Origin: an uncultured virus (IMG/VR IMGVR_UViG_3300049185_000041)
Taxonomy: Duplodnaviria > Heunggongvirae > Uroviricota > Caudoviricetes
Direction: 5' to 3' (one strand)
Virus record (IMG/VR): IMGVR_UViG_3300049185_000041
Length of the DNA stretch: 20,000 bases
Shown here: positions 8,048 to 15,822 of the stretch, piece after piece
How the letters are laid out: every line of letters begins with the position of its first letter
Numbering within the stretch: the stretch's first letter is position 1
The notes under the pieces: model-generated
Database searches by the model: none
What the model saw: the letters and a program-made list of their open reading frames with translations, nothing else
What the model was told of the DNA's origin: nothing
Made by a program: the position numbers and the translations under genes

Positions 8048-8451
8048 AGGTAGCTCAGTGCGAGGTAGTTCAAAGTCAGGTGAAGCGTGTTATCCGCGGC
8101 AATGAGCAACCAGACGGCCAGCCACGCGGGCTTCTCCGACGGGTAGCCGGTGGCCGAGCAGTTCGACCACTTCATGCTCCCCATCTCGTCACCAATGGCG
8201 AAGACATACGGGGACAGCAGGATGTTCTTCGTATACACGACGAACCGGGCCAGCCGGTAGCGGTCGATCAGGAAGTGGGTGACAAGGATCACGAGGAGCG
8301 CGGCGACCGAGGGCCGGAGCAACAGGAACGGCAGCGAATAGACGACCGCATGCGCGGCTGCCGGGGCGAACCGCTTGGTCTTGTTGTCGGCCATCCAGTC
8401 GGACTGCGTGACGTAGTCCCCGATGAGGTGGAGGATGAGTTGGGGCATCAT
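8044..8451 (-). CDS. DUF3307-like membrane protein
   Basis: HLIGDYVTQSDWMADNK, HAVVY, THFLID and DNTLH match the His/Asp pattern of DUF3307; several hydrophobic segments. Confidence 0.8.
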   Translation of the reverse strand: MMPQLILHLIGDYVTQSDWMADNKTKRFAPAAAHAVVYSLPFLLLRPSVAALLVILVTHFLIDRYRLARFVVYTKNILLSPYVFAIGDEMGSMKWSNCSATGYPSEKPAWLAVWLLIAADNTLHLTLNYLALSYL

Positions 8452-8455
8452 GGTA

Positions 8456-8572
8456 TCAACGGAAAAAGATGTAGATCGCCCAGACGATCACGGCCGCCGA
8501 GCAAATGATGAAGACGCATTGCACTGCGGGGTGGAGGCTGACGAAGTTTGCCGGGAGTTCGATTTGGTCCAT
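8456..8572 (-). CDS. Small single-TM membrane protein (38 aa; not in the ORF track)
   Basis: MDQIELPANFVSLHPAVQCVFIICSAAVIVWAIYIFFR*; fills the gap between its neighbours. Confidence 0.65.
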   Translation of the reverse strand: MDQIELPANFVSLHPAVQCVFIICSAAVIVWAIYIFFR

Positions 8573-8595
8573 GGTACTACTAGGTTCGTAGTAGA

Positions 8596-8799
8596 TCAGC
8601 TATGCTTGAACCGCGCTCCCCCGCGGTCGATGACGGCCGTCAGCCAGCGGATATTGGCCGGGCTCGCGGTGTCCGGGTCGTCGACGATCTGGCGGGCGTG
8701 CCACCGGTCGCCCTCGTGGATCTCGCCGGTCGCCAGCATCTCGCGGATGACGGACATGGTCATCACGGGGTCCGGGGCTTCGAAGAGGTCGGTGGTCAT
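8596..8799 (-). CDS. Hypothetical protein (67 aa)
   Basis: MTTDLFEAPDPV...; ATGA overlap at 8796-8799. Confidence 0.6.
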   Translation of the reverse strand: MTTDLFEAPDPVMTMSVIREMLATGEIHEGDRWHARQIVDDPDTASPANIRWLTAVIDRGGARFKHS

Positions 8800-8987
8800 C
8801 GGTTCCGTTTTTCGATCTCTTCCTTCGTGATCCGGTCCTTGGCGCGGTGGGCCTGCTCGAACTGGGCGTCCCGGTAGCCCGCCCTGTAGGCGAAGTTCAG
8901 GCACAGCGCGATCGCCCCGAAGACCGCCACCACGAGGAGCAGCGGCAGCAGGGCGTCGGTGAGGAAGTTGCGGTCGAGGGGTTTCAT
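8796..8987 (-). CDS. Small membrane-anchored protein (63 aa)
   Basis: MKPLDRNFLTDALLPLLLVVAVFGAIALCLNFAYRAGY...; one TM helix; ATGA overlaps. Confidence 0.65.
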   Translation of the reverse strand: MKPLDRNFLTDALLPLLLVVAVFGAIALCLNFAYRAGYRDAQFEQAHRAKDRITKEEIEKRNR

Positions 8988-9199
8988 GTCATCTCGTCGA
9001 ATTTCTTCATTACCCGTTCCCACCAGTCCCGGATGTCCAGCACTCCGCCGAACCGGGTTGGCTCGCCCGCCGCCTCCACCGCATCACGGAATTTCTTCCG
9101 GGCAGCGGAGCGGGCCTCTTCAACGACTCCTTTCTCGACGGCTTCGATCAGCGCGAGTTCGGCCGCGGTGGCTTTCGATTTCAGTTCTGCGAGGGTCAT
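8984..9199 (-). CDS. Hypothetical protein (71 aa)
   Basis: Helical charged ORF with ATGA overlaps at both ends. Confidence 0.65.
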   Translation of the reverse strand: MTLAELKSKATAAELALIEAVEKGVVEEARSAARKKFRDAVEAAGEPTRFGGVLDIRDWWERVMKKFDEMT

Positions 9200-9588
9200 G
9201 GGCTTCCGGTGCGCGGGATGTTACCGATCGGGCCGACCTGCTCTGCCGTGCGTGTCACCTTCAGGATTCCCTTGATGGTGAACTGGCGTCGAGCCTCGTG
9301 GCTGCGGGTGAGCTTCTTCCCGCGGCCGTTCTCGTTATACGGCTGGACGGTGACCGTGCCGAAGTGCTGGTAGCCGCGCATGACGTGGCCGCCCGAAACG
9401 GAAATTACGATGCCCTTGCAGTAGCGCCGGGATCCATCGACGACCTCCACTTCATCGCCACCGCGGATGCCGAAGAACTCCTCGGTGACCTTGCGGGCCT
9501 CGCGATTATTGGCTTCCCTCACCGCCTGCGCGGCGGCATCGGACTTCGTCAGTTCCCGGAGACGCCGGGTCGCTTCACGTTTCGTCAT
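9196..9588 (-). CDS. Hypothetical basic protein (130 aa), possible SH3/KOW-like C-terminal half
   Basis: First gene after a promoter and preceded by TCACGCCC-ATG; beta-rich pattern IRGGDEVEVVDG...KGIVISV. Confidence 0.65.
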   Translation of the reverse strand: MTKREATRRLRELTKSDAAAQAVREANNREARKVTEEFFGIRGGDEVEVVDGSRRYCKGIVISVSGGHVMRGYQHFGTVTVQPYNENGRGKKLTRSHEARRQFTIKGILKVTRTAEQVGPIGNIPRTGSP

Positions 9589-9600
9589 GGGCGTGACAGC

Positions 9601-9630
9601 GTGCTACACTGCTACACCACTACCTGTCAA
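9601..9630 (-). promoter_or_regulatory. Leftward sigma70-like promoter of a divergent pair
   Basis: TTGACA (9630-9625), 18-nt spacer, TAGCAC (9606-9601), then 12 nt to ATG 9588. Overlapped by GCTACACTGCTACAC. Confidence 0.6.
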
Positions 9631-9639
9631 CCCTGCGGA

Positions 9640-9668
9640 TGGACAATCACATCGGCGGCTGATAGATT
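9640..9668 (+). promoter_or_regulatory. Rightward sigma70-like promoter of a divergent pair
   Basis: TGGACA (9640-9645), 17-nt spacer, TAGATT (9663-9668), then 9 nt to ATG 9678. Confidence 0.6.
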
Positions 9669-9677
9669 CCCGGGGAC

Positions 9678-10094
9678 ATGCCACGAAAAACGAAATCGGA
9701 ACTCGACATGAAGGAACTGCTCGTGCCCGCCGCGCCGGCGCTGTCCCGTGCAGACCTCGCCCCGCTGCGGGAGGCGGTCGACCTGCCGGCGGCAGACTTC
9801 GAGAAAGCCGTGGCCCCGGTCCTGCGCAAGATGCTGGTGAAGGGACTGGCCAATGTGCCGGAGCCGGTGACCATTAAGGAACTGACCGCGGTGGCGAAAC
9901 TGCAACGGGCCTATGACGGGCTCGACAAGAAAGACTCCGGTGGCGGGCCGGTGGGCCTGGTCTCATTCATGCGGCCGGTGGGGCAGCGCCGGGTCGGGGA
10001 CACGACTCGGGGGGTCGGCGGGGGCGGTGCTGTGGTCGAACTGGAGGTGGTGTCTGCGGGAGCGACCGCGGATGAGGATCCGTTTGCGGTGTGA
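9678..10094 (+). CDS. Hypothetical protein (138 aa), candidate small-terminase-like or other helical protein
   Basis: Has its own promoter, an MPRK start, the helical segment IKELTAVAKLQRAYDGLD and a low-complexity tail. The function is a guess. Confidence 0.6.
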   Translation: MPRKTKSELDMKELLVPAAPALSRADLAPLREAVDLPAADFEKAVAPVLRKMLVKGLANVPEPVTIKELTAVAKLQRAYDGLDKKDSGGGPVGLVSFMRPVGQRRVGDTTRGVGGGGAVVELEVVSAGATADEDPFAV

Positions 10095-10254
10095 TCGGGC
10101 GATAGATCGCCGGTCGAGCGACGCCGCGGGATTCGGGATTCCGACCAGTCACGTCTATTCGTCCGCGACGTCGCTCACTGTGCCCTGAGCTAGTCAGGAA
10201 CCAGACGTATCACTGGCAAGCGACGCGCCGACCTTACCTCGACGGGGTGCCGGG

Positions 10255-10920
10255 TCAATCCTTCAGTTCGTCCGGCGTCTCGGTGTTCCGGCTCACGATC
10301 TTCGCCACGCTGCCGTAGCTCCACGGCTTCCCCGTGCGGGTCGGCACTCCGTCCCCATTCAGAACATCGGCGATCTCCTGCATCCGGTAGCCCTCGTCGC
10401 GAAGCGCGATCATCCGTTTCAGGGTGGGTGCTTCTTGGGGGTGGAAGCCGAAGGGCTTGCGGCCTTCGCACCGTCCATCCGCTGTCCTGATCCGGTCCTT
10501 CGCGGCTTTGAGCTTGCGGACGATGCTCGATTTATCGAACTCCGATACCGCGGCGAGGATCTGCCGGATGAGCTTGGCTGTCGGGTTGTCGTTCTCGGTG
10601 AGGTCGTTCCCCGATTCAGCCTCGATCACCGTCACCCCCAGGTCGCGGAACTGGCGCAGCAGGACTTCCGATACGATGAGGTCACGGGCCAGCCGGTCGG
10701 CCTTCTCCACCACCACGATGTCCCCAGAGGACACCGCGGCGAACAACCTCGACAGGGCCGGGCGGGACATCAGGTCGGTGGTGCCGCTGACCCCCTCCTC
10801 CACGAACTCCTCGGTGACCGGCGTCTCGCTCCACTTCTGAATGGCTTCGCGCTGGCGCGGGAACCCGTCGCCGTCGATCTGACCCTTCGAGCTGACCCGC
10901 AAATAAGCTAGAACCTTCAT
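10255..10920 (-). CDS. Serine recombinase (resolvase/invertase family) with C-terminal recombinase-type DNA-binding domain
   Basis: YLRVSSKGQ (catalytic Ser), EEGVSG, RPAL, VVEKADRLARD, and C-terminal IADVLNGDGVPTRTGKPWSYGSVAKIV. Confidence 0.92.
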   Translation of the reverse strand: MKVLAYLRVSSKGQIDGDGFPRQREAIQKWSETPVTEEFVEEGVSGTTDLMSRPALSRLFAAVSSGDIVVVEKADRLARDLIVSEVLLRQFRDLGVTVIEAESGNDLTENDNPTAKLIRQILAAVSEFDKSSIVRKLKAAKDRIRTADGRCEGRKPFGFHPQEAPTLKRMIALRDEGYRMQEIADVLNGDGVPTRTGKPWSYGSVAKIVSRNTETPDELKD

Positions 10921-10929
10921 GAGGTGGGG

Positions 10930-10958
10930 AAAATAGCTAGGCTATTGGCTAGAGTCAA
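10930..10958 (-). promoter_or_regulatory. Sigma70-like promoter of the recombinase, near-leaderless
   Basis: TTGACT (10958-10953), 17-nt spacer, TATTTT (10935-10930), then 9 nt to ATG. Confidence 0.75.
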
Positions 10959-11020
10959 TGGGGATTCGCTACATTACTACACATTTACGGTAGGGGCTGG
11001 GTAGGGTAAATCGAGGTATA

Positions 11021-11068
11021 CCAGTCTGCCAGTCTGCCAGTCTGCCAGTCTGCCAGTCTGCCAGTCTG
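11021..11068. repeat. Tandem octamer (CCAGTCTG)x6
   Basis: Six perfect copies read directly from the sequence. Confidence 0.97.
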
Positions 11069-11637
11069 CAAGTGTAGCGGTGTAGCGGACTACGGGTGAG
11101 GGATTGCGGGGATTTTGGAAGGCGGTGAGCGCCCCGGAATCGCGCTCTGGCGGTGGGGCCGCCCCCTCCCCGGGGTGGTGGGTGCGCCCTAGCGCCGCGC
11201 ATCACCGGCTCGCCTCTCCCCCGCCACAGGGTCCGCGCCAATCCCTCGCACTGGTAGCATTGCGGGCCAGCCATGACACAGGACCAATGCTCGGGGGCAT
11301 TAGCCTATTTCGTGAAACTGGCTAGAGACTGGCTTGCGACCATGCCGGCCCGGCGCTAGGGCGCATAGGATTTGCATGCAAACAGGCGGTGCGCCGGCTC
11401 GCTGGCCCCACTGCTCCGAGCAAGCGGGCGCACCGTTATATATTTCGATATATAAGGCGTGGATCGAGCCCGCCGCACCACCTCACCCCCTCAAAACCGA
11501 TTCCCCGGACTTTGTCCTGCAAAGTTCCAAAATGGCGCGTCAGGTCGGCCCGCGACCATTAATTGCAAATGCAACTAACTTACCATTTCAGGTATTCCGG
11601 GAAACCCCGTTTCCACCCTCCACCACCCCATTTCGAG

Positions 11638-12038
11638 CTGGTAAACTCGGACTGGTAAACTCTGCCAGCTAGTCTGCCAGTTTACCACTCTACCACGAAA
11701 AACCCGAGAACTCTACACCTCTACACCGCCTCGACCATTTCGCTCGATTTGTAGCAGTGTAGAGAAGTCCCCGGAACGCTGGCAGCCTGCCAGACTGGTA
11801 AACTCTCCAAAAGCATGACAGTAGAGTTTACCACATATCACGCCCATTTTCGATTGATCTACGATCTGTTCCATTTCAATCACTTACGAACTACCATCAA
11901 CTACTCTAATTGTCTTTTTGGTAAACTGGTAAACTGGTAAACTAAAGTATTAATATTGGGGGAAAAATATAGAGGGAGAGGATTTGAAAAAATCCCCAGA
12001 AAAAAGAAAGTCCGGCCTCCGAGTCTGCCACTCTGCCA
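11638..12038. repeat. Cluster of TGGTAAAC / TGGCAGAC octamers in both orientations, including (TGGTAAAC)x3 at 11919-11942
   Basis: Copies near 11639, 11653, 11672 (rev), 11680 (rev), 11796, 11826 (rev), 11919-11942 and 12023 (rev). Confidence 0.9.
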
Positions 12039-12073
12039 ATCCTCCAATCTGTAGCAGTGTAGGAGTTGATTCA

Positions 12074-12120
12074 TTTTTCGCGAAAAAAGAATTGCGGTCT
12101 GTTTCCGGCGGGTGTATTCA
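12074..12120 (+). promoter_or_regulatory. Promoter of the rightward (early-like) arm
   Basis: TTGCGG (12092-12097), 17-nt spacer, TATTCA (12115-12120). Preceded by the palindrome TTTTTCGCGAAAAA (12074-12087) in the UP-element position. Confidence 0.55.
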
Positions 12121-12145
12121 TTCCCCCGTCAATCGAAACACGCCA

Positions 12146-12328
12146 ATGAAGACGCTCGAAACCACCCTCTCCGCCATCGCCTACGCACTGCAAACCCCGC
12201 AGCGCGCCCGCCTCCGCCGCAATATTCGCGGATGGATTGGAAAAGCCATCAAAGCCGGCCCCCGCTCTCCGGAATGGGAGTTTGTCGCCAAGTGGAGCTT
12301 CGAACTCCGCATGCTGGAAATCCGCTGA
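12146..12328 (+). CDS. Hypothetical protein (60 aa)
   Basis: MKTLETTLSAIAY...; start defined by CACGCCA-ATG. Confidence 0.65.
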   Translation: MKTLETTLSAIAYALQTPQRARLRRNIRGWIGKAIKAGPRSPEWEFVAKWSFELRMLEIR

Positions 12329-12356
12329 CCTAGAAACCGCTTACCTCACGCCAATC

Positions 12357-12788
12357 ATGAAACACCCCGCCACCTTCGGCCAAGTTCTGCAAGCCATCAA
12401 AGCTTCAGACCTTTGGGACTTCTCACAGGAGTATTCACAAGGCCGGTTTTCCGTTGCCGTCTTCCATGACGATTTCCCGAAAGACCGCCGGCACGTTTAC
12501 CGGATTGAATGGCACCGCGACAACCGGAAGCCTCGCGTCAATCTAACCGTGCTTCGGAAATTCGATGCCGTGAAAAATTGCTGGAATGAGACCGTCCATG
12601 CCGAAAGCGGGTCTTGGTCTCTCCCGGACAAGCGCGGCGAGAAAGCCCTTGTCGGCTTCATTAAGGAAACCAGCAAGCGCCACGGCAAAGCCCCCAACCC
12701 GTCGTTCTTCTCTTTCCACCGCGCCACGGAAGACCGGGTCGCCATGGAGGAAGCCAATCTCGCGAAAGCCTTTCAAGGGCGTCTCTGA
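12357..12788 (+). CDS. Hypothetical protein (143 aa)
   Basis: MKHPATFGQVLQAIK...; start defined by CTCACGCCAATC-ATG. Confidence 0.7.
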   Translation: MKHPATFGQVLQAIKASDLWDFSQEYSQGRFSVAVFHDDFPKDRRHVYRIEWHRDNRKPRVNLTVLRKFDAVKNCWNETVHAESGSWSLPDKRGEKALVGFIKETSKRHGKAPNPSFFSFHRATEDRVAMEEANLAKAFQGRL

Positions 12789-12817
12789 TTCCCCGCAACC
12801 TCTTACTCACGCCAATC

Positions 12818-13063
12818 ATGAAAACAGAAGCCAGTCCGAAGTTCCGCAATAAAAACGGCACCCTTACAGCCTACGCTTTCGCTTGCGGCTACCTTGAGAC
12901 CCGCGAAAAGAATGGTGTTAAAGTCACCCTTGAGCGGGACTCCGCATGCTGGCACGTCAAGACGTGGGACAGCGTGGAAAAGGTCCGCCGCGCATGGGAA
13001 AGCGTCACCCTTCTAACGGACGCTCGGAAGGAATTCCGGCGGCAGTGCAAAACCTTTCTCTAG
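12818..13063 (+). CDS. Hypothetical phage protein (81 aa)
   Basis: CTCACGCCAATC-ATG start; contains GTLTAYAFACGYLE. Confidence 0.75.
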   Translation: MKTEASPKFRNKNGTLTAYAFACGYLETREKNGVKVTLERDSACWHVKTWDSVEKVRRAWESVTLLTDARKEFRRQCKTFL

Positions 13064-13101
13064 CCCTCTCCTCCCCGCCAGCCGCGCACGCCCGGCCTCC
13101 C

Positions 13102-13164
13102 GCTTTCCTTGCATTGGCGTGCAATAGACTCACCTGCCCTTGGCCTAGCCGGGGGCGGGTCGAG
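13102..13164 (+). ncRNA. Second copy of the anti-start-motif RNA element
   Basis: GCUUUCC-UUGCA-UUGGCG-UGCAA-UAGACUC-ACCUGCCCUUGGC-CUA-GCCGGGGGCGGGU-CGAG; same loop and two-hairpin layout as 6688-6756. Confidence 0.6.
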
Positions 13165-13234
13165 CCGGCGGGAGAACAGGGGTATGACGCCCCGGTCTCG
13201 CCGCAGTCCAGAAAACCAGTAAAATTCGCACGCC

Positions 13235-15088
13235 ATGAAGAATCCCGACCTATTCGACGAACGCCACGAAGCGACCTATTGCCCGGAAGACGACAAGTTG
13301 CGCCTCTACGTCGGTCGCGTCCCCCGCGACCAGTACGAAGCCCTACGCGCCGAAGGGTGGACCAGCACACCGAAACAGGATTGCGACTTTGCGGCGGTCT
13401 GGACGGTGGACCGTGAGAACACCGCGCTTTCCTTTGCCGGGGTGATTGGCGACGAGGACCAGAGCCCGCAGGACCGCGCCGCCGACCGCGCCGAACGCTT
13501 CGCCGGCTACCGGGACAAGCGCACCATGGAAGCCGGTGGCCACGCTGACCGGTACGACGCCGGGCCGTCCGCGCATGGCTATCAATCGCAAGCCCGTGCC
13601 GACCGTGCCGCCGCCCGGCATGACCGCATCGCCGACCGCGCTGTCAATGCATGGGACAAGGCGGACTACTGGACAAGCCGCACCGCTGGGGTGATTTCGC
13701 ACGCGCTGTACCGGTCTCGCCCCGATGTTCGCATGGGGCGCATCAAGGTCATTGAATCCGACCTGCGGAGGGCAAGCAAAGGCTTTGAGGATGCCGCGGA
13801 GCATCACCGCACGGTTGCCGCGATCGCCGCGGACCCCGACGGCGCGGCGATGGACCTTGTCCGCCGCTATTACAACGCCGCGGACCTCGCGCCGGAGGAA
13901 TTGGAGAACGTCCGCGACAAGGCCTCCAATGACCTGATTTCGGTCATTTGCGGACATGGCAAGGTGCGCAACCCATTGAACCCGGAAGCCCCGGCGGCCT
14001 ACCCCTTTGAGCATCGCCGCGAGGCGAACCCGCCCACGGTCTCGGACTACGCGAAACAGTGGCTCGCCGCTCACGCTGCCCCGGAAACCGACGCTTGGCA
14101 GATGACCGGAACGGCCCGGTACATCCGCCACTTGCAGCATCGCATTGCCTATGAAAATCAAATGCTGGAAGCGCAAGGCGGGCGGGAAGCTTTTACCGAA
14201 ATGGAAGCCGGCGGGATGCTCGGGACATACCTTGTCGTCCGGGTCTACAAGTCCCCGGCCACCGGTCGCGTGACTTCGGTCGATCTACTCCGCAAGGACA
14301 AGCCGACGGAACGCGAGTGGGGCGCGAAGAGGATCCCCGGCACGGATTTCTACCTTTGCCGGATTGACACGGAACGCTTGCCCGCCGGCACCTACGCCGC
14401 CCCCACGGATGAAAGCCGCGCTGAACTCGCCGCCCTGGATGCCGCGAAGAAAGAGCAACGCAAGGGAGCCGCGAAAGCCGCGCCGCTGGTCAATCCGACG
14501 TTGGAAGACGCGCAACGCTTGCAGGACCTCTTGAACGCCCGCCACCGGGCCGCATGGGTGAAGGTGCACGGCGAGCCGCGGGAAGGGTCCAGCCATCAGC
14601 CGGAACGCTCGGAGGTCTGCAAGGTGACGCAAGTGGTTTACTCCGCCAATTCCAAGGGGAGCTATTCCCGGGCGGAAACGGTGGAGTATTTCGCCGACGG
14701 TCAGGAACGCCGGAATCCCAGCCGCCGCGAGTCTCCGGTATGGGCACTCCGGCACGGCCCGGCAGTCTGCAAGCTCCGTGTCTCCGGCTACTCACCGCGC
14801 CGCGTGGTGTTCCTGACTGACAAGCCCGCCAAGGCCTTGCCCGCGGCGATCTGGTCCCCCTACCCGGACGCCCCGACGGCGGAGCAACTGCGGCCCCGTC
14901 TCGCTGAAATTCAAGCCGCCGTTTCCGCGGAGTATAACCGGCAGGACCTCACCCCGGAACAAGTGGACCTTTTGAACCGTTCGGCCGCGGTCGGCTGGAC
15001 CACGCATGAAAGCTACCGCCGCCAATGGACGGACGCCGGCATTGCGGAAGCCCGTGCCGCCGAAGTCATTGGCAAGGCCATCGTCTAA
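13235..15088 (+). CDS. DUF3560-like protein (617 aa)
   Basis: N-terminus ATYCPEDDKLRLY...PKQ...WT..RE...IGDED.S...RA..RAERF.GY..KR and HGYQSQARADR...KADYW resemble DUF3560 proteins of mobile elements; lies next to a methyltransferase. Confidence 0.7.
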   Translation: MKNPDLFDERHEATYCPEDDKLRLYVGRVPRDQYEALRAEGWTSTPKQDCDFAAVWTVDRENTALSFAGVIGDEDQSPQDRAADRAERFAGYRDKRTMEAGGHADRYDAGPSAHGYQSQARADRAAARHDRIADRAVNAWDKADYWTSRTAGVISHALYRSRPDVRMGRIKVIESDLRRASKGFEDAAEHHRTVAAIAADPDGAAMDLVRRYYNAADLAPEELENVRDKASNDLISVICGHGKVRNPLNPEAPAAYPFEHRREANPPTVSDYAKQWLAAHAAPETDAWQMTGTARYIRHLQHRIAYENQMLEAQGGREAFTEMEAGGMLGTYLVVRVYKSPATGRVTSVDLLRKDKPTEREWGAKRIPGTDFYLCRIDTERLPAGTYAAPTDESRAELAALDAAKKEQRKGAAKAAPLVNPTLEDAQRLQDLLNARHRAAWVKVHGEPREGSSHQPERSEVCKVTQVVYSANSKGSYSRAETVEYFADGQERRNPSRRESPVWALRHGPAVCKLRVSGYSPRRVVFLTDKPAKALPAAIWSPYPDAPTAEQLRPRLAEIQAAVSAEYNRQDLTPEQVDLLNRSAAVGWTTHESYRRQWTDAGIAEARAAEVIGKAIV

Positions 15089-15137
15089 CACCAACCCCCG
15101 GCGGCGGGGCTCCGGTCTCGCCGCCACTTCTCACGCC

Positions 15138-15809
15138 ATGAACCCGCCCGACCTCTCCCGCCTCCACACCCTCCGCGATGCCAATGATTTGCACGCGGCC
15201 ACCATGGAGTTAAACCGCGGACGCTTCGAAGCCCTCCGCACTCGCCATGAGGACGGCACCGCGCCGCGTGCGGTCTCCGCATACCAGCTTTTCCAGACCC
15301 CGCCGGCACTGGCGGCCCGCATGGTGGAGCTGGCCGAAGTAAAGCCCGGGGACGTGCTGCTTGAACCGTCCGCCGGTCTTGGCAGGATCATTGACCCGGC
15401 GCTTGCGGCGGGTGCCCGGGTCCTCGCCGTCGAGGTCTCGCCGGACCTTTCGGGCGAGCTTTTCCGGGCATACGAAGGGAAGGACGTGAGGCTATTGCAG
15501 CGCGACTTTCTGACCGTCCGGCCAGCCTATGAAGGCAACGCCGCGCTTATCGTGAAGGACCTCGCGGAAGTCCGCATTGACCGCGTGGTGATGAACCCGC
15601 CGTTTCACATGCGGGCGGACATTGCCCACGTAAGGCACGCGCTGCGATTCCTCCGCCCCAGTGGCGTCCTGGTCGGCTTGTGCCTGTCCACCCGCCACCG
15701 CACGGAAGCCCTGCAACCGCTCGCCGACCTGTGGGAAGTCATTCCCGCCGGGACGTTCAAGGGCGAGGGCACGAACGTCGAAACGGTCTTGTTCCGCATC
15801 ACTGGCTAA
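15138..15809 (+). CDS. SAM-dependent methyltransferase, N6-adenine DNA MTase-like (223 aa)
   Basis: QLFQTP, motif I LLEPSAGLG, AVE, DFL and catalytic motif IV VMNPPF; start at CTCACGCC-ATG. Confidence 0.85.
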   Translation: MNPPDLSRLHTLRDANDLHAATMELNRGRFEALRTRHEDGTAPRAVSAYQLFQTPPALAARMVELAEVKPGDVLLEPSAGLGRIIDPALAAGARVLAVEVSPDLSGELFRAYEGKDVRLLQRDFLTVRPAYEGNAALIVKDLAEVRIDRVVMNPPFHMRADIAHVRHALRFLRPSGVLVGLCLSTRHRTEALQPLADLWEVIPAGTFKGEGTNVETVLFRITG

Positions 15810-15822
15810 CATCCGCACGCCA

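Noticed and set aside
6776..8053. 425-aa plus-strand ORF
   Set aside because: It is antisense to two coherent minus-strand genes and has shadow-like composition.
11021..11068. CRISPR array, or a protein repeat (ORF 10969..11274, LADWQTGR repeats)
   Set aside because: The 8-bp units have no spacers and no cas genes are present; the peptide repeat is a by-product of the DNA repeat in a non-coding region.
11838..11846. TCACGCCCA in the central region as another tagged start
   Set aside because: It is not followed by ATG or an ORF.
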